This document shows positions 9,734 to 19,527 of a DNA stretch of 64,000 nucleotides, piece after piece. Numbering within the stretch: position 1 is the stretch's first letter; each line of letters starts with the position of its first letter. The notes below the pieces were generated by a model. It ran no database searches. It saw only the letters and a program-made list of their open reading frames with translations, and was not told the origin of the DNA. A program made the translations under genes and the position numbers. The stretch comes from a virus: the IMG/VR virus record IMGVR_UViG_3300030103_004672, positions 24,678 through 88,677 of that record; one strand, 5' to 3'.

Positions 9734-10621
9734 ATGCCACATAACAAACATACAGATAGTCTATCTAATCAAGATCTAAATCTAATGATGCCTAATCGTG
9801 AAGCATGGCTTGATTTAGCTGGAGATTGGGAAGATCCATTTGATGCTCCTACAATTATTGAACATGATGGCTTTAAAGTCGTTAGAGAAGATATGATGGG
9901 ATTTGGATCAAAGTGTAGATTTGGAGACATCTTAGTACAAAAGGCAGCTTCAGATACTCTTGTATATGTACAGCCTCGATACGGATTTGCAGGTATATCG
10001 CTTGCATATCTTGCCAAAAAGTACAATAAAAAATTAGTATTATTTAGTCCTAGCCAAAAACAAATATCAGATCACCAGGCAATATGTATAGAAAGAGGAG
10101 CTACAATGAAATTTAGAAGAATTGCAGCAATGCCAAATCTAAATAAAATAGCCGCAGATTGGGCTAAAGATAATGGTGCATTTTTCATTCCACTCGGATT
10201 AAGACATCCGTTAGTAACTGCAGCTGCCGTAAAAGTTGCATATGATTTAGCAGAGAACAATGGCTATCCAGAAGAAGTTTGGTCTGCAATATCAACAGGT
10301 GTGCTTCAACGATCTTTACAAATAGCGTGGCCAGATTCTAAATTCAATGCAGTTGCAGTTGCTAGAAATATAAAAAGAGGTGAAAGGGGAAAGGCAAAGA
10401 TGTGGTCACATCCAAAAGCATTTAACCAAAACGTGGATCAAAAATACTATCCTCCATTTCCTTCTGCGCTGAACTATGATGCAAAGGCTTGGGAATTTAT
10501 GAAAAGAAATGGATCTCCTGGCGCTTGGTTTTGGAATGTTGGGGGTGATCCTAAACCTGAATTCGATGAAACAAAAGACAAAACTGATTCACAGAGGGAA
10601 TGGGGAGAAATAAGAGATTAA
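9734..10621 (+). CDS. PLP-dependent fold-type II enzyme, as found in phage base-hypermodification loci
   Basis: VVREDMMGFGSKCR (Schiff-base Lys), SLAY, STGVL, YDAKAW, FWNVG; ATG at 9734 after upstream stop preferred over 9692. Confidence 0.8.
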   Translation: MPHNKHTDSLSNQDLNLMMPNREAWLDLAGDWEDPFDAPTIIEHDGFKVVREDMMGFGSKCRFGDILVQKAASDTLVYVQPRYGFAGISLAYLAKKYNKKLVLFSPSQKQISDHQAICIERGATMKFRRIAAMPNLNKIAADWAKDNGAFFIPLGLRHPLVTAAAVKVAYDLAENNGYPEEVWSAISTGVLQRSLQIAWPDSKFNAVAVARNIKRGERGKAKMWSHPKAFNQNVDQKYYPPFPSALNYDAKAWEFMKRNGSPGAWFWNVGGDPKPEFDETKDKTDSQREWGEIRD

Positions 10622-10646
10622 ACAATTAACAAAAAATTAGTAAAAT
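10619..10646 (+). promoter_or_regulatory. Putative middle promoter TAAAC-N17-TAAAAT
   Basis: TAAAC 10619-10623, TAAAAT 10641-10646. Confidence 0.6.
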
Positions 10647-10662
10647 AACTAAAAATAAAAAA

Positions 10663-11424
10663 ATGGCAAGTACAGTATCACTTAATAAAATTAACGGGTA
10701 TGAATTTCAATCATACGTCAAAAAACTATTATCAATTGACAAATTTATTTTCATCAAAATAGGAAATGAAACCACAACTTCTTCAGTATACCTACCTGAA
10801 CGAGATGCTGTTAAATTGGCAAACATTCCTACTTCTGACCTATTTGATTTTGATCAAGAGCTTGATGGTGATATAAAAGTTAGTTTTTACAATGGATCTA
10901 AAGTAGTAGATGCAATTTCACACTTTAAAGGTGAAGTAACTGGTGATGTTGTCTATGATAATATAGATGATGCTAATCTTGCAGCAGACTTTGTGATTCA
11001 AAATGACAAACTTAAAATTAATCTAGCTTGCGCAGATCCAAGTTTATCATTTATGGAAATGAACAAAGAGGAGATGTCGAGAGCATTTGGTGTTGAGAAC
11101 AAGTTATTTGAGTTTGACCTTTTAACTGTTGATGCGGATAGAATTAAATCACTATTTAATCTAGAGAAGGAAGAAGATGTATTTTCTTTCTCAATTAGTG
11201 AACGAGGAGTTAATGTAGTTGGTGCAGCTTATGATGCAGTCATTGCTACTAAGTTTGCAGGAGATGTTCCTGTAGGCACTAAGGTCACTGCATATAAAAA
11301 GTATTTCAATTTGTTAGACAAAGAAAACTATAAAGTGATTGTTTGTGAAAACAAAATTGTATTTAAATCAATGGATACAGACACTCTACTCACAGTTGCT
11401 GTAGCTGTAGTAGATGAGGACTAA
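10663..11424 (+). CDS. gp45: Sliding clamp (gp45-like)
   Basis: 253 aa acidic alpha/beta protein with central ACADPSL linker; clamp loader genes present in window. Confidence 0.6.
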   Translation: MASTVSLNKINGYEFQSYVKKLLSIDKFIFIKIGNETTTSSVYLPERDAVKLANIPTSDLFDFDQELDGDIKVSFYNGSKVVDAISHFKGEVTGDVVYDNIDDANLAADFVIQNDKLKINLACADPSLSFMEMNKEEMSRAFGVENKLFEFDLLTVDADRIKSLFNLEKEEDVFSFSISERGVNVVGAAYDAVIATKFAGDVPVGTKVTAYKKYFNLLDKENYKVIVCENKIVFKSMDTDTLLTVAVAVVDED

Positions 11425-11473
11425 GTTTCAATTTTGAATATACTTGTTATATTTAATTTGTATATGTTATCTG

Positions 11474-11499
11474 AATGGCCTGCTTTGCGGGCCATTTTT
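11474..11499 (+). terminator. Intrinsic terminator
   Basis: AATGGCCTGC-TTT-GCGGGCCATT followed by T run. Confidence 0.75.
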
Positions 11500-11538
11500 A
11501 TTAAATATAATGTATAGTGCGTTTTTGATATATAAAGT

Positions 11539-12348
11539 ATGAATCACAAGAAAATACATGACTTAATAATCAAAAGGGCAAAAGAGAGAACTTTAGAAGG
11601 CTACTCCGAAAAACACCACATTATACCAAAATGCCTAGGCGGAACTGATGATCAAGATAATCTAGTACATCTAACAGCAAGGGAGCATTTTATCATACAC
11701 AAACTACTATGTGAGATCTACCCAAATGAATCAAAACTCCATTGGGCTGCATTTATGATGGCAACTGCACGAGGCAAACACATGGACAACCGAGATTACC
11801 GAATAGGCTCTAGAGAATATGAAAGGCTTAGAGAATCTTTAGAGATTAGTGACGAGACTAGGCGAAAATCAGGTATTGCAAACATTGGTAACAAGTATAG
11901 ACTAGGAAAAAAACATTCTGACGAAAGCAAAAAAAAGATGAGCCAGGCAGCTATGGGAAATACAAATTCGAGAGGCTATAAACACACTGAAGAAGCAAGA
12001 AAAAATATGAGTAAGGCTGCGAAGGCAAGAGATCGTAAACCACACTCTGGGGAAACTAAGCAAAAAATGAGTGATGCCTGGAAATTAAAAAAGGAACAGG
12101 GCTACGAGTCACCGATGAAAGGTATAAAGAGGCCTGAAGAAGTAAAGAAGAAAATATCTGCTTCTAAAACTGGTGTTAAGCGTGGCAAGTTCTCGCAAGA
12201 ATGGCTTGATAACATGTCAAAATCTCTAAAGGGAAAAGCGAAGGGCAAAATATGGATTAACAACGGTGTAAAGGGTAGCATGATACTCCCAGATGAGCCA
12301 ATTCCAGAAGGCTGGACACGTGGCATGCTTAGAAGAAAACAAAATTGA
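11539..12348 (+). mobile_element. Free-standing HNH homing endonuclease with NUMOD3-type repeats (MobE-like)
   Basis: EKHHIIPKCLGG.D..NLVHLTAREH..H followed by repeated H(S/T)EE.K.KMS motifs. Confidence 0.9.
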
Positions 12349-12363
12349 TAATTTAGTTATAAT
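12336..12363 (+). promoter_or_regulatory. Putative middle promoter AAAAC-N17-TATAAT for polymerase part B
   Basis: AAAAC 12336-12340, TATAAT 12358-12363, ATG 12369. Confidence 0.6.
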
Positions 12364-12368
12364 ATTCA

Positions 12369-13505
12369 ATGGATCGAAAATTAGAAAAAAAGTACGAAGA
12401 GTTAGCAGAGCTTAAAAAATTAGCAGGCGAGTATTATAACTACGAACAAGGAATCAAGCTCATGCTTAATTCGATCTACGGTGCATTTGGAAATCCATAC
12501 TTTTATTTCTTCAATGTTGACATAGCAGAAACTATCACACTTCAGGGTAAAGATGCTATTCTTTACACAGAAGAATTAGTAAACAAATACTTTAGAGAAT
12601 TTTGGCATTTAGATACGGATGCACACAATAAGATGGGTATCACCGTTACTGGAAAGATCAAGCAACCTGTAGGAATCTATATTGACACTGATTCAATTTA
12701 CATGAAATTTGAAGAAGTTATCAAAAACTCAGACTGGGAAGGTGATTCTAAAACTTTTATACTTAATTTATACAAGCATAGATTAGGAGAATACATTGAA
12801 CGCATTCTACAAAAATATGCTGATGACAACAACGCCGAAAACTTCTTAAGCTTCGAACTAGAAAGCATTGCAAAGAATGCTATCTGGTTAGCTAAAAAGA
12901 AATACATGCAAAATATAGTTTGGAAAGATCCTGACTTACATTATGATGATCTTACTAAGATCAGCGCTAAGGGATTTGAAATTATTCAATCATCTACTCC
13001 GATATTTGCAAGGCAGAAGTTAAAAGACTTATTAAAATACATCTTTTCTGTTGAAGAGCTTAGCATGAAGGATTTTGCAGGTCGTCTTAAAGAAATAAAG
13101 CGTGAGTTCAAGCTTGCAAACGTTGAAAATATAAGTTTTGCAAAAAAGGTAAACAATTATCAAAGGTATGTTCTAAACGACATAGATAGATTTGAGATTA
13201 CTAAAGGATGCCCTATCGGTGTAAGAAGTGCAGGATATCATAATTACTTGCTAAATAATTCAAATGCAAAAATGAAATACAAACCGCTTGGTAATGGCGA
13301 AAAGTTAAAAATGTATTTTTCTACAGATAGGCACTGTGATGTATTTGCATATGCACCTGGTGATTATCCTTATGAATTTGCACCTGAAATAGATTACGAT
13401 GTGCAATTTGAGAAAACTATATTAGATCCAATAAATCGGGTTATTAAGGCGATGGGATTCAAGCCATTTGATCGTAACTTGATTTATGCAGTGTCTTTAT
13501 TCTAA
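12369..13505 (+). CDS. gp43: Family B DNA polymerase, C-terminal subunit (motifs B, C, thumb); split gene part B
   Basis: Motif B KLMLNSIYGAFG, AETITLQG, motif C YIDTDS, KKKY, KGFE, IDYDVQFEK; ends AVSLF. Confidence 0.92.
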   Translation: MDRKLEKKYEELAELKKLAGEYYNYEQGIKLMLNSIYGAFGNPYFYFFNVDIAETITLQGKDAILYTEELVNKYFREFWHLDTDAHNKMGITVTGKIKQPVGIYIDTDSIYMKFEEVIKNSDWEGDSKTFILNLYKHRLGEYIERILQKYADDNNAENFLSFELESIAKNAIWLAKKKYMQNIVWKDPDLHYDDLTKISAKGFEIIQSSTPIFARQKLKDLLKYIFSVEELSMKDFAGRLKEIKREFKLANVENISFAKKVNNYQRYVLNDIDRFEITKGCPIGVRSAGYHNYLLNNSNAKMKYKPLGNGEKLKMYFSTDRHCDVFAYAPGDYPYEFAPEIDYDVQFEKTILDPINRVIKAMGFKPFDRNLIYAVSLF

Positions 13506-13530
13506 ACATTTTGATCAATTGCCATATAAA
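13503..13530 (+). promoter_or_regulatory. Putative middle promoter TAAAC-N17-TATAAA
   Basis: TAAAC 13503-13507, TATAAA 13525-13530. Confidence 0.7.
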
Positions 13531-13545
13531 AAATAAACTTTTAAA

Positions 13546-14739
13546 ATGGCAACAAAAACATTCTCGTTTGATGATCTAAATAAGGAAATGAGTAAAATCT
13601 CTCAATATGGAGATACGCTTGATAAGTCAACAATTTCATCAATTGATCATTTCATACCCACTGGTAATTTTCATCTAAACGCATGCCTTACAGGTTCACT
13701 ATTTGGAGGGTTTCCAAATAATCGAGCAGTTGCTCTAGCAGGACCTTCTGGAACTGGTAAGACTTTTTTGGTTTTAAATGCGATCAAACAGGCTCAAGAT
13801 TTAGGTTATTCAATCATATTCTATGATTCAGAGAATGCTGTAGATAAGGAATTAGTAGAAAAGTTTAACATTGATACTTCAAAATTTAGATATGAGCCAT
13901 GTAATACTGTTCAAGAGTTTAGAAAATCTGTAACTGCAGTTGCTGATAACCTTATTGAAATGAAAAATAAGGGATTTGAGTTACCTAAAGTTATGATCAT
14001 ATTAGATTCGGCAGGTAATTTAGCAACACAAAAAGAAATTGATGATGCTAAGTCCGGCAGTGACAAAGCTGACATGACACGTGCAAAACTACTGAAATCA
14101 ACTTTCAGAATCCTAATGACAAAACTTGGTATTTGTCAAATACCTTTCTTGTTTACAAACCACACTTATCAGACCCAAGACTTATTCTCTAAGACTGTTG
14201 GGGGCGGTGGAACTGGGCCTGAGTACGCAGCTTCTATTATTTTGTTCTTAGGAAAGGCAAAACTAAAAGAAGGTACTGAGCAAACTGGAATTGTTGTGAC
14301 CGCAAAGCCGAACAAAAATAGATTTGCCAAGCCACTTCCAATCAAATTCCACATCTCTTTTAATAAGGGCATGAATCCATATGTTGGCCTTGAAGAATAT
14401 ATTAGTTGGGATCTTTGCGGAATAGAAAGGGGTAGATTTATAACAGAATCCCAGTTTAAAAAGTTAAATTCAACGCAGCAGGATGAATGCAGAAAGCATG
14501 AGTACGAAGATTCAGGAAAGACTAAGATTGTTTACTTCCAACCATCTCAAACCGCTAGAAAACTTTGTGTGAAACATCTTAATGACACCGTTGATCTTAA
14601 TGAACTATTTACACCTAGAGTTATTACTAGTGACGTGCTTCAGTCTATCGAGCCAATTATAAATGAGAAATTTTCTTATGGTACTGAAGATCTAAATGCA
14701 GCAGATCTGTCTATTATGTTAGAAGGAGACGATGTTTGA
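13546..14739 (+). CDS. uvsX: RecA-like recombinase
   Basis: GPSGTGKT, YDSE, ILDSAGNL, DMTRAK, TNHTY, GGG.G..YAAS. Confidence 0.92.
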   Translation: MATKTFSFDDLNKEMSKISQYGDTLDKSTISSIDHFIPTGNFHLNACLTGSLFGGFPNNRAVALAGPSGTGKTFLVLNAIKQAQDLGYSIIFYDSENAVDKELVEKFNIDTSKFRYEPCNTVQEFRKSVTAVADNLIEMKNKGFELPKVMIILDSAGNLATQKEIDDAKSGSDKADMTRAKLLKSTFRILMTKLGICQIPFLFTNHTYQTQDLFSKTVGGGGTGPEYAASIILFLGKAKLKEGTEQTGIVVTAKPNKNRFAKPLPIKFHISFNKGMNPYVGLEEYISWDLCGIERGRFITESQFKKLNSTQQDECRKHEYEDSGKTKIVYFQPSQTARKLCVKHLNDTVDLNELFTPRVITSDVLQSIEPIINEKFSYGTEDLNAADLSIMLEGDDV

Positions 14740-15031
14740 TAGACGAATCGATACAGGCAAGTTAAAAGTCAAATACGTTTTAGGCAATCACGCAGCGATG
14801 CCTAATTACCCTGATGGTGAGGACATCATATTTGAAATTATACGAGAACTATGTTCAAAGCCTAACAAGAAAACTAAGTTTACTGATGTTTCAATTTCTA
14901 AAAAGTTTGGTATAAGTATTGATGAAGTCAACAATAAACTTCTAAAATTTGTTCATGAGAATATAATAGAAATGGTTGGCAACACTCGTACTAAAATAAC
15001 TTATGATTTTAAATCAAACCCATATTCTTAA
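14732..15031 (+). CDS. Hypothetical protein, possible winged helix-turn-helix
   Basis: SISKKFGISIDEVNNKLLKF..NIIE pattern; overlaps uvsX end. Confidence 0.4.
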   Translation: MFDRRIDTGKLKVKYVLGNHAAMPNYPDGEDIIFEIIRELCSKPNKKTKFTDVSISKKFGISIDEVNNKLLKFVHENIIEMVGNTRTKITYDFKSNPYS

Positions 15032-15033
15032 TC

Positions 15034-16320
15034 ATGCGCAGTAGTATAGATCACGAAAAAATATTTTTTAATTACTTTTTAGAAAAGCCTACATATTTAA
15101 AGTCAGTTGGCAAAAACTTCTTTAAAAATCAAGATTTAGATTTTGTTGTAAATCTATGTAAAGACTTCTTTATTAAGTTTGGTGAAGCCCCTTCAAAGGA
15201 TCAGGTAAAGGCTCTTGTCAAAGACGTTGAGTCTGAGGTATCTGATGATATGATAGATTCTATATTTAATGTGTCTGTCAAGGAATACGATCACGAATGG
15301 CTTAAAAGAACTGCAGAGGCTTGGGTAAAATGGAACCATTTTGACAAGCAAATTGTAAGAACTATTGAATACATTAAGACTGTTGACGTTTCGCCTGAGA
15401 ACGTAGAAGACGTCGTAGGTCGTGCCATAAACATGATTTCAACTGACGGTTCGTTGACATTTGATGCTGATGTAGGATTAGATTTCTTTAATCCTGAAGA
15501 TCACATACAAAGAACAACTAAGAAATTAGAGACTGGCTGGAATTTTATAGATAACATCTCAGGAGGTGGTTACGATCCAAAGTCATTAATTGTATATGCA
15601 GGTGAACAGAACGTCGGTAAGTCTATTTGGTTGGCTAATGATGCAGCTAACTTTGTACGCATGGGCCATAATGTAGTTTTCGTTACTGCTGAAATGTCTG
15701 CTCAAAAAGTATTAAAGAGAATCGGATCGAATCTACTGAATGTGAAAATGATGGATTATGATCAGAAGTCTGTCAACAGAGACTTCATGAAGAGAAAGCT
15801 TGAAAAGGTATCTCGTGGTATTCTACCACCTGGTAAACTCTTTGTTAAGGAATTTCCAACATCACAAGGAACTGTACTAGATATTGAAGCGTATCTAAAA
15901 ACTTTAGAAGAATCTCAAGATCATAAGGTAAATGTTGTTATTGTTGACTATATAAATATATTAGCCAACTACCGAAATCCTAATACAGAGAATACTTACA
16001 TGAAAATAAAGCAGATTGCTGAAGATTTACGTGCACTTGCAGTTAAAAGAGACATGTTAATTATTTCGGCGACTCAAATAAATCGTGGCGCCTGGGACTC
16101 GAGTGAAGTAAAGATGGAGAACATTGCTGAATCAGCAGGTCTGGCGCATACTGTTGATGTTATGTACGCACTGATCCAGGATTCAATGATGCATGCAGGC
16201 AGAGAATATTGGCTTAAAGTTTTAAAAATAAGAGATGGCCAAGGCAAGGGAAGTAGATGTCGATTTAATATCGACTACGACTACATGAGACTTACAGAGA
16301 CTGGTGATATAACACAATAG
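15034..16320 (+). CDS. gp41: Replicative DnaB-like helicase
   Basis: GEQNVGKS, TAEMS, IVDYINI, SATQINR, AESAGL. Confidence 0.92.
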   Translation: MRSSIDHEKIFFNYFLEKPTYLKSVGKNFFKNQDLDFVVNLCKDFFIKFGEAPSKDQVKALVKDVESEVSDDMIDSIFNVSVKEYDHEWLKRTAEAWVKWNHFDKQIVRTIEYIKTVDVSPENVEDVVGRAINMISTDGSLTFDADVGLDFFNPEDHIQRTTKKLETGWNFIDNISGGGYDPKSLIVYAGEQNVGKSIWLANDAANFVRMGHNVVFVTAEMSAQKVLKRIGSNLLNVKMMDYDQKSVNRDFMKRKLEKVSRGILPPGKLFVKEFPTSQGTVLDIEAYLKTLEESQDHKVNVVIVDYINILANYRNPNTENTYMKIKQIAEDLRALAVKRDMLIISATQINRGAWDSSEVKMENIAESAGLAHTVDVMYALIQDSMMHAGREYWLKVLKIRDGQGKGSRCRFNIDYDYMRLTETGDITQ

Positions 16321-16325
16321 AAATT

Positions 16326-16760
16326 ATGAATAGAGATAAAATATTTAACAATACTTACGGAGAGCAAGATCTAAGTGATTCTAAAATAGAATTTAAGGTT
16401 GCACCTAGTTACGAGACAGATCTAGATCCTGATGACCAGATGCACTACAACATATTGTTCAAAAAAATAGATGCTTTAATAGAGGACTCAGAATTCAGCC
16501 AGCTTAGTAAAGTCACACCTGATGGTGTTGTTAAAAAGCTTAACAAAGTACAAATCAACAAAGTATTTCTATACGTTATCGAACATTTAGGTACTTCTTA
16601 TTCAAGGATAGATCTATTTAGTGTGATTTCTGACTACTTTGATGTATTTCCAAATAAGTTTTATAATTCATTGTCTAACAAATTTAAAGATGAATTGATA
16701 CTAGAGCTTGATAAGAAGTACGATATTCTTAAGAAGAAAAAAATTAATAAACTCTTTTAA
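16326..16760 (+). CDS. Possible late-transcription coactivator (gp33-like)
   Basis: C-terminal half (IDLF...SLSNKFKDELILE...ILKKKKINKLF) follows the gp33 helical pattern; ends in a clamp-binding-like KLF. Confidence 0.4.
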   Translation: MNRDKIFNNTYGEQDLSDSKIEFKVAPSYETDLDPDDQMHYNILFKKIDALIEDSEFSQLSKVTPDGVVKKLNKVQINKVFLYVIEHLGTSYSRIDLFSVISDYFDVFPNKFYNSLSNKFKDELILELDKKYDILKKKKINKLF

Positions 16761-17863
16761 TGAAAAGGGTTTGGATGATATCCGACACGCATCTCGGCTG
16801 TCGGTCTAACTCAGTCATGTGGCTGAATTTAATCGAGGACTACTTTTTTAATTTTTTTATACCTTTAGTTAAAAAGGAATATAAAAAAGGCGATGTACTA
16901 TTCCATCTTGGTGATGTCTTCGATAACAGGCAAAGCCTAAACTTAGCAGCACAAAACCTTGGTATAAGAGTTTTTGAAGAACTTGGTAAAATATTTCCCG
17001 AAGTGCATATTATCGTTGGGAATCATGATATCATGAGAAAAAACTCAAATGATATTTCTTCGGTTGACTGTCTAAAATATATTCCGAATGTAAATGTGCA
17101 TAAGGAGCCAAAAATTATTAGTCGTAACTCAAATGCAAACTGTGTGCTCATGCCATGGAGGCGTAACTCAGATCATGAAAAGGAAACTCTTGCTAAAATA
17201 GCTAAAAAGCTAAAAGGAGATAAAAAGTCATTCTTGTTCTGTCACTCAGAAACACAAGGCGTGCAGACAAGCCCTAGTAAAAGGCATTTACATGATGGCG
17301 GTAATTCAGTTGAAGTGTTTAAAGGATATCATAGAGTTTATTCTGGACATATCCACTATAGACAAGAAAAGAAAAACTTTACACTAGTTGGAAATCCTTA
17401 TCACATGACAAGATCAGATAGGGATAATACTAAAGGCATATACCTTTTAGATCTAGAGACAGGTGATCATACCTTTTTTGAAAACAAATATTCTCCAAAG
17501 TTCACTAGATATTATATGAATGATTTATTTGAGAGAAGAATGGCTGACATCAAATCAGAAATAGAAAATAATTTCGTTGACATATTCGTTCCTTCAAACG
17601 CTCTAGGCAAATACAATATAAACCAGTTTATGACCTACTTAGATGGTCACGCTAGAAAATTAGAGCCAAGAATTTATGATGAGGAAAATCCCATAGAATG
17701 CCAAGATGATAACATTTCAGATTTTAAAGGTGAATTAGACATATTTAAGATAGCTCAAGATTACGTTAATGGTCTGGATTATGACGAAGAACTAAAACAA
17801 AAGTTAGTGAATTCCATAAAAGAGTTATATTTAGAGACAACCACACCATCGTATGCGCATTAA
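16760..17863 (+). CDS. gp47: Recombination endonuclease subunit (Mre11/SbcD-like)
   Basis: SDTHLG, HLGDVFD, GNHD, SGHIH. Confidence 0.92.
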   Translation: MKRVWMISDTHLGCRSNSVMWLNLIEDYFFNFFIPLVKKEYKKGDVLFHLGDVFDNRQSLNLAAQNLGIRVFEELGKIFPEVHIIVGNHDIMRKNSNDISSVDCLKYIPNVNVHKEPKIISRNSNANCVLMPWRRNSDHEKETLAKIAKKLKGDKKSFLFCHSETQGVQTSPSKRHLHDGGNSVEVFKGYHRVYSGHIHYRQEKKNFTLVGNPYHMTRSDRDNTKGIYLLDLETGDHTFFENKYSPKFTRYYMNDLFERRMADIKSEIENNFVDIFVPSNALGKYNINQFMTYLDGHARKLEPRIYDEENPIECQDDNISDFKGELDIFKIAQDYVNGLDYDEELKQKLVNSIKELYLETTTPSYAH

Positions 17864-19520
17864 ATCACTGCAATTTAAGAACTTCGCAAGCTACGGTAAC
17901 CGAATACAGAACATTGAATTTGAAAAGGGTAAAGGCGACCTTTACTTAGTTCTTGGTAACAATGGCGTAGGAAAAAGCACTCTTGCTAGAGTGATGACAT
18001 ATTTATGCTATGGAAGAGTTGAAGGTGTAAACCTCAGAGATCTTCCAAACAGAGTTAATAGTGGCCTGTGGGGAAAAATACATCTCGAAAGCAAAGGTAA
18101 GCACATAGAAATAGAAAGAGGAATAGCACCTAGTATTTTCAATGTAAAAATAAATGGCGAAGAATACGATGTTGCAGGTAAAAGCAACATGCAGGATTTT
18201 CTGGAAACTGAGATGTATGAAATCCCTTACCATGTATTTAAGAATGTAATCATATTGTCAGTTAATGATTTTAAATCATTCATTACGATGTCTCCGCATG
18301 ATAAAAAGATGATCGTCGATAGAATATTTGGATTTTCTGTGATAAACGATATGCGTGAGATTGTAAAACAAAAGCGCAGAGAGATTATTGATGAAATAAG
18401 AACGTTTGATGATGAAATAAGAACGCTAGACGATTCTATTAGATCTGTGGCTAATCAGCTTGAAAAACTTGAAAAAGAAAATGAAGCTAAGAATAAAGCA
18501 GAAATAAAAATACTAAAGGAAAAGCTCATCAAACTTGGCGAGAGCAAGAAAAAGCTAGTAGAAGCAAATAATAAGATAAAGGATCAAATATCTAAAGTTG
18601 ATAAAGAGCTTAAGGAAGAATCATCTTTAGCATACGACATTAAGTCAAAAATACGAGGCATTCAAACTGGTCTTAAATTATATGAACAGAAGGCATGCCC
18701 TACATGTAGTGCACCTTTGGATTCCGATTTCCATACAAACCTAAAGCAAGATAAATTAGATCAGGCAGAAGACCTTAAAGAATCTTTTAAAGCTGCAAGC
18801 GAAAATGTAACTTCGCTAGAATCTAAGATGTCAAAGCTGAGGGAGCAGAATAGAGAGATTATATCACGAGCTAGTAACTTGGATGCATCAGTTAATCAAT
18901 TAAAAGAGGAACTAGTAAAGTTAGCTAAGCGCGAATCAAATGACTCAGACCATTTAAAAACCCTAGTTAAGCAGTTTGGGGATAGGCTAAAATCTAAAAA
19001 AGATTCTAAGAATAAAATAGAGGGTGAAGACTATTATTTGACTATTTTGGAGAATATGATGGGCGACGATGGTATTAAGAATATGGCAATTAGATCAGTC
19101 TTGCCTTCTCTAAACAACAATGTAACTCTGATGGCAAAGGAAATGGGAATTCCATTTGGTATCAGGTTTGATGAAAAATTTAATTGCACTCTACATCATC
19201 TAGGAGAAGAAATAAGCCCAAAGACTTTATCAACAGGTGAGAAAAAGAAGGTTGATTTCGTAGTGATCATGTCACTGATAAAAATGATAAAGATTAGATT
19301 CCCTAGCCTAAATATTTTATTCCTAGATGAAATCTTCTCAAGTATAGACGCTGATGGAGTTTACCATATCGTTAGCATTTTACACAATACCATACAGGAG
19401 ATTGGTTTAAATACATTTGTAATTAATCATACTGTACTACCTAGCGAATACTTTGATAAAAAATTAGAGATAAGTAAGGATGCAGGTTTTAGTGAGTTCA
19501 ACATTGAAACAATAGGCTGA
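17853..19520 (+). CDS. gp46: Recombination ATPase subunit (Rad50/SbcC-like)
   Basis: GNNGVGKS, coiled coil with CPTC hook, LSTGEKK, FLDEIFSSID. Confidence 0.92.
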   Translation: MRIKSLQFKNFASYGNRIQNIEFEKGKGDLYLVLGNNGVGKSTLARVMTYLCYGRVEGVNLRDLPNRVNSGLWGKIHLESKGKHIEIERGIAPSIFNVKINGEEYDVAGKSNMQDFLETEMYEIPYHVFKNVIILSVNDFKSFITMSPHDKKMIVDRIFGFSVINDMREIVKQKRREIIDEIRTFDDEIRTLDDSIRSVANQLEKLEKENEAKNKAEIKILKEKLIKLGESKKKLVEANNKIKDQISKVDKELKEESSLAYDIKSKIRGIQTGLKLYEQKACPTCSAPLDSDFHTNLKQDKLDQAEDLKESFKAASENVTSLESKMSKLREQNREIISRASNLDASVNQLKEELVKLAKRESNDSDHLKTLVKQFGDRLKSKKDSKNKIEGEDYYLTILENMMGDDGIKNMAIRSVLPSLNNNVTLMAKEMGIPFGIRFDEKFNCTLHHLGEEISPKTLSTGEKKKVDFVVIMSLIKMIKIRFPSLNILFLDEIFSSIDADGVYHIVSILHNTIQEIGLNTFVINHTVLPSEYFDKKLEISKDAGFSEFNIETIG

Positions 19521-19527
19521 TATATAA
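19519..19527 (+). promoter_or_regulatory. Putative late promoter GATATATAA
   Basis: Motif recurs just upstream of virion genes (20796, 27622, 29495, 35326, 40016, 43967). Confidence 0.7.

Noticed and set aside
3139-12369. Intron or intein explanation for the polymerase split
   Set aside because: The interval holds ordinary genes, promoters and a terminator; no intein C/HN termini or group I core seen; part B has its own promoter and ATG
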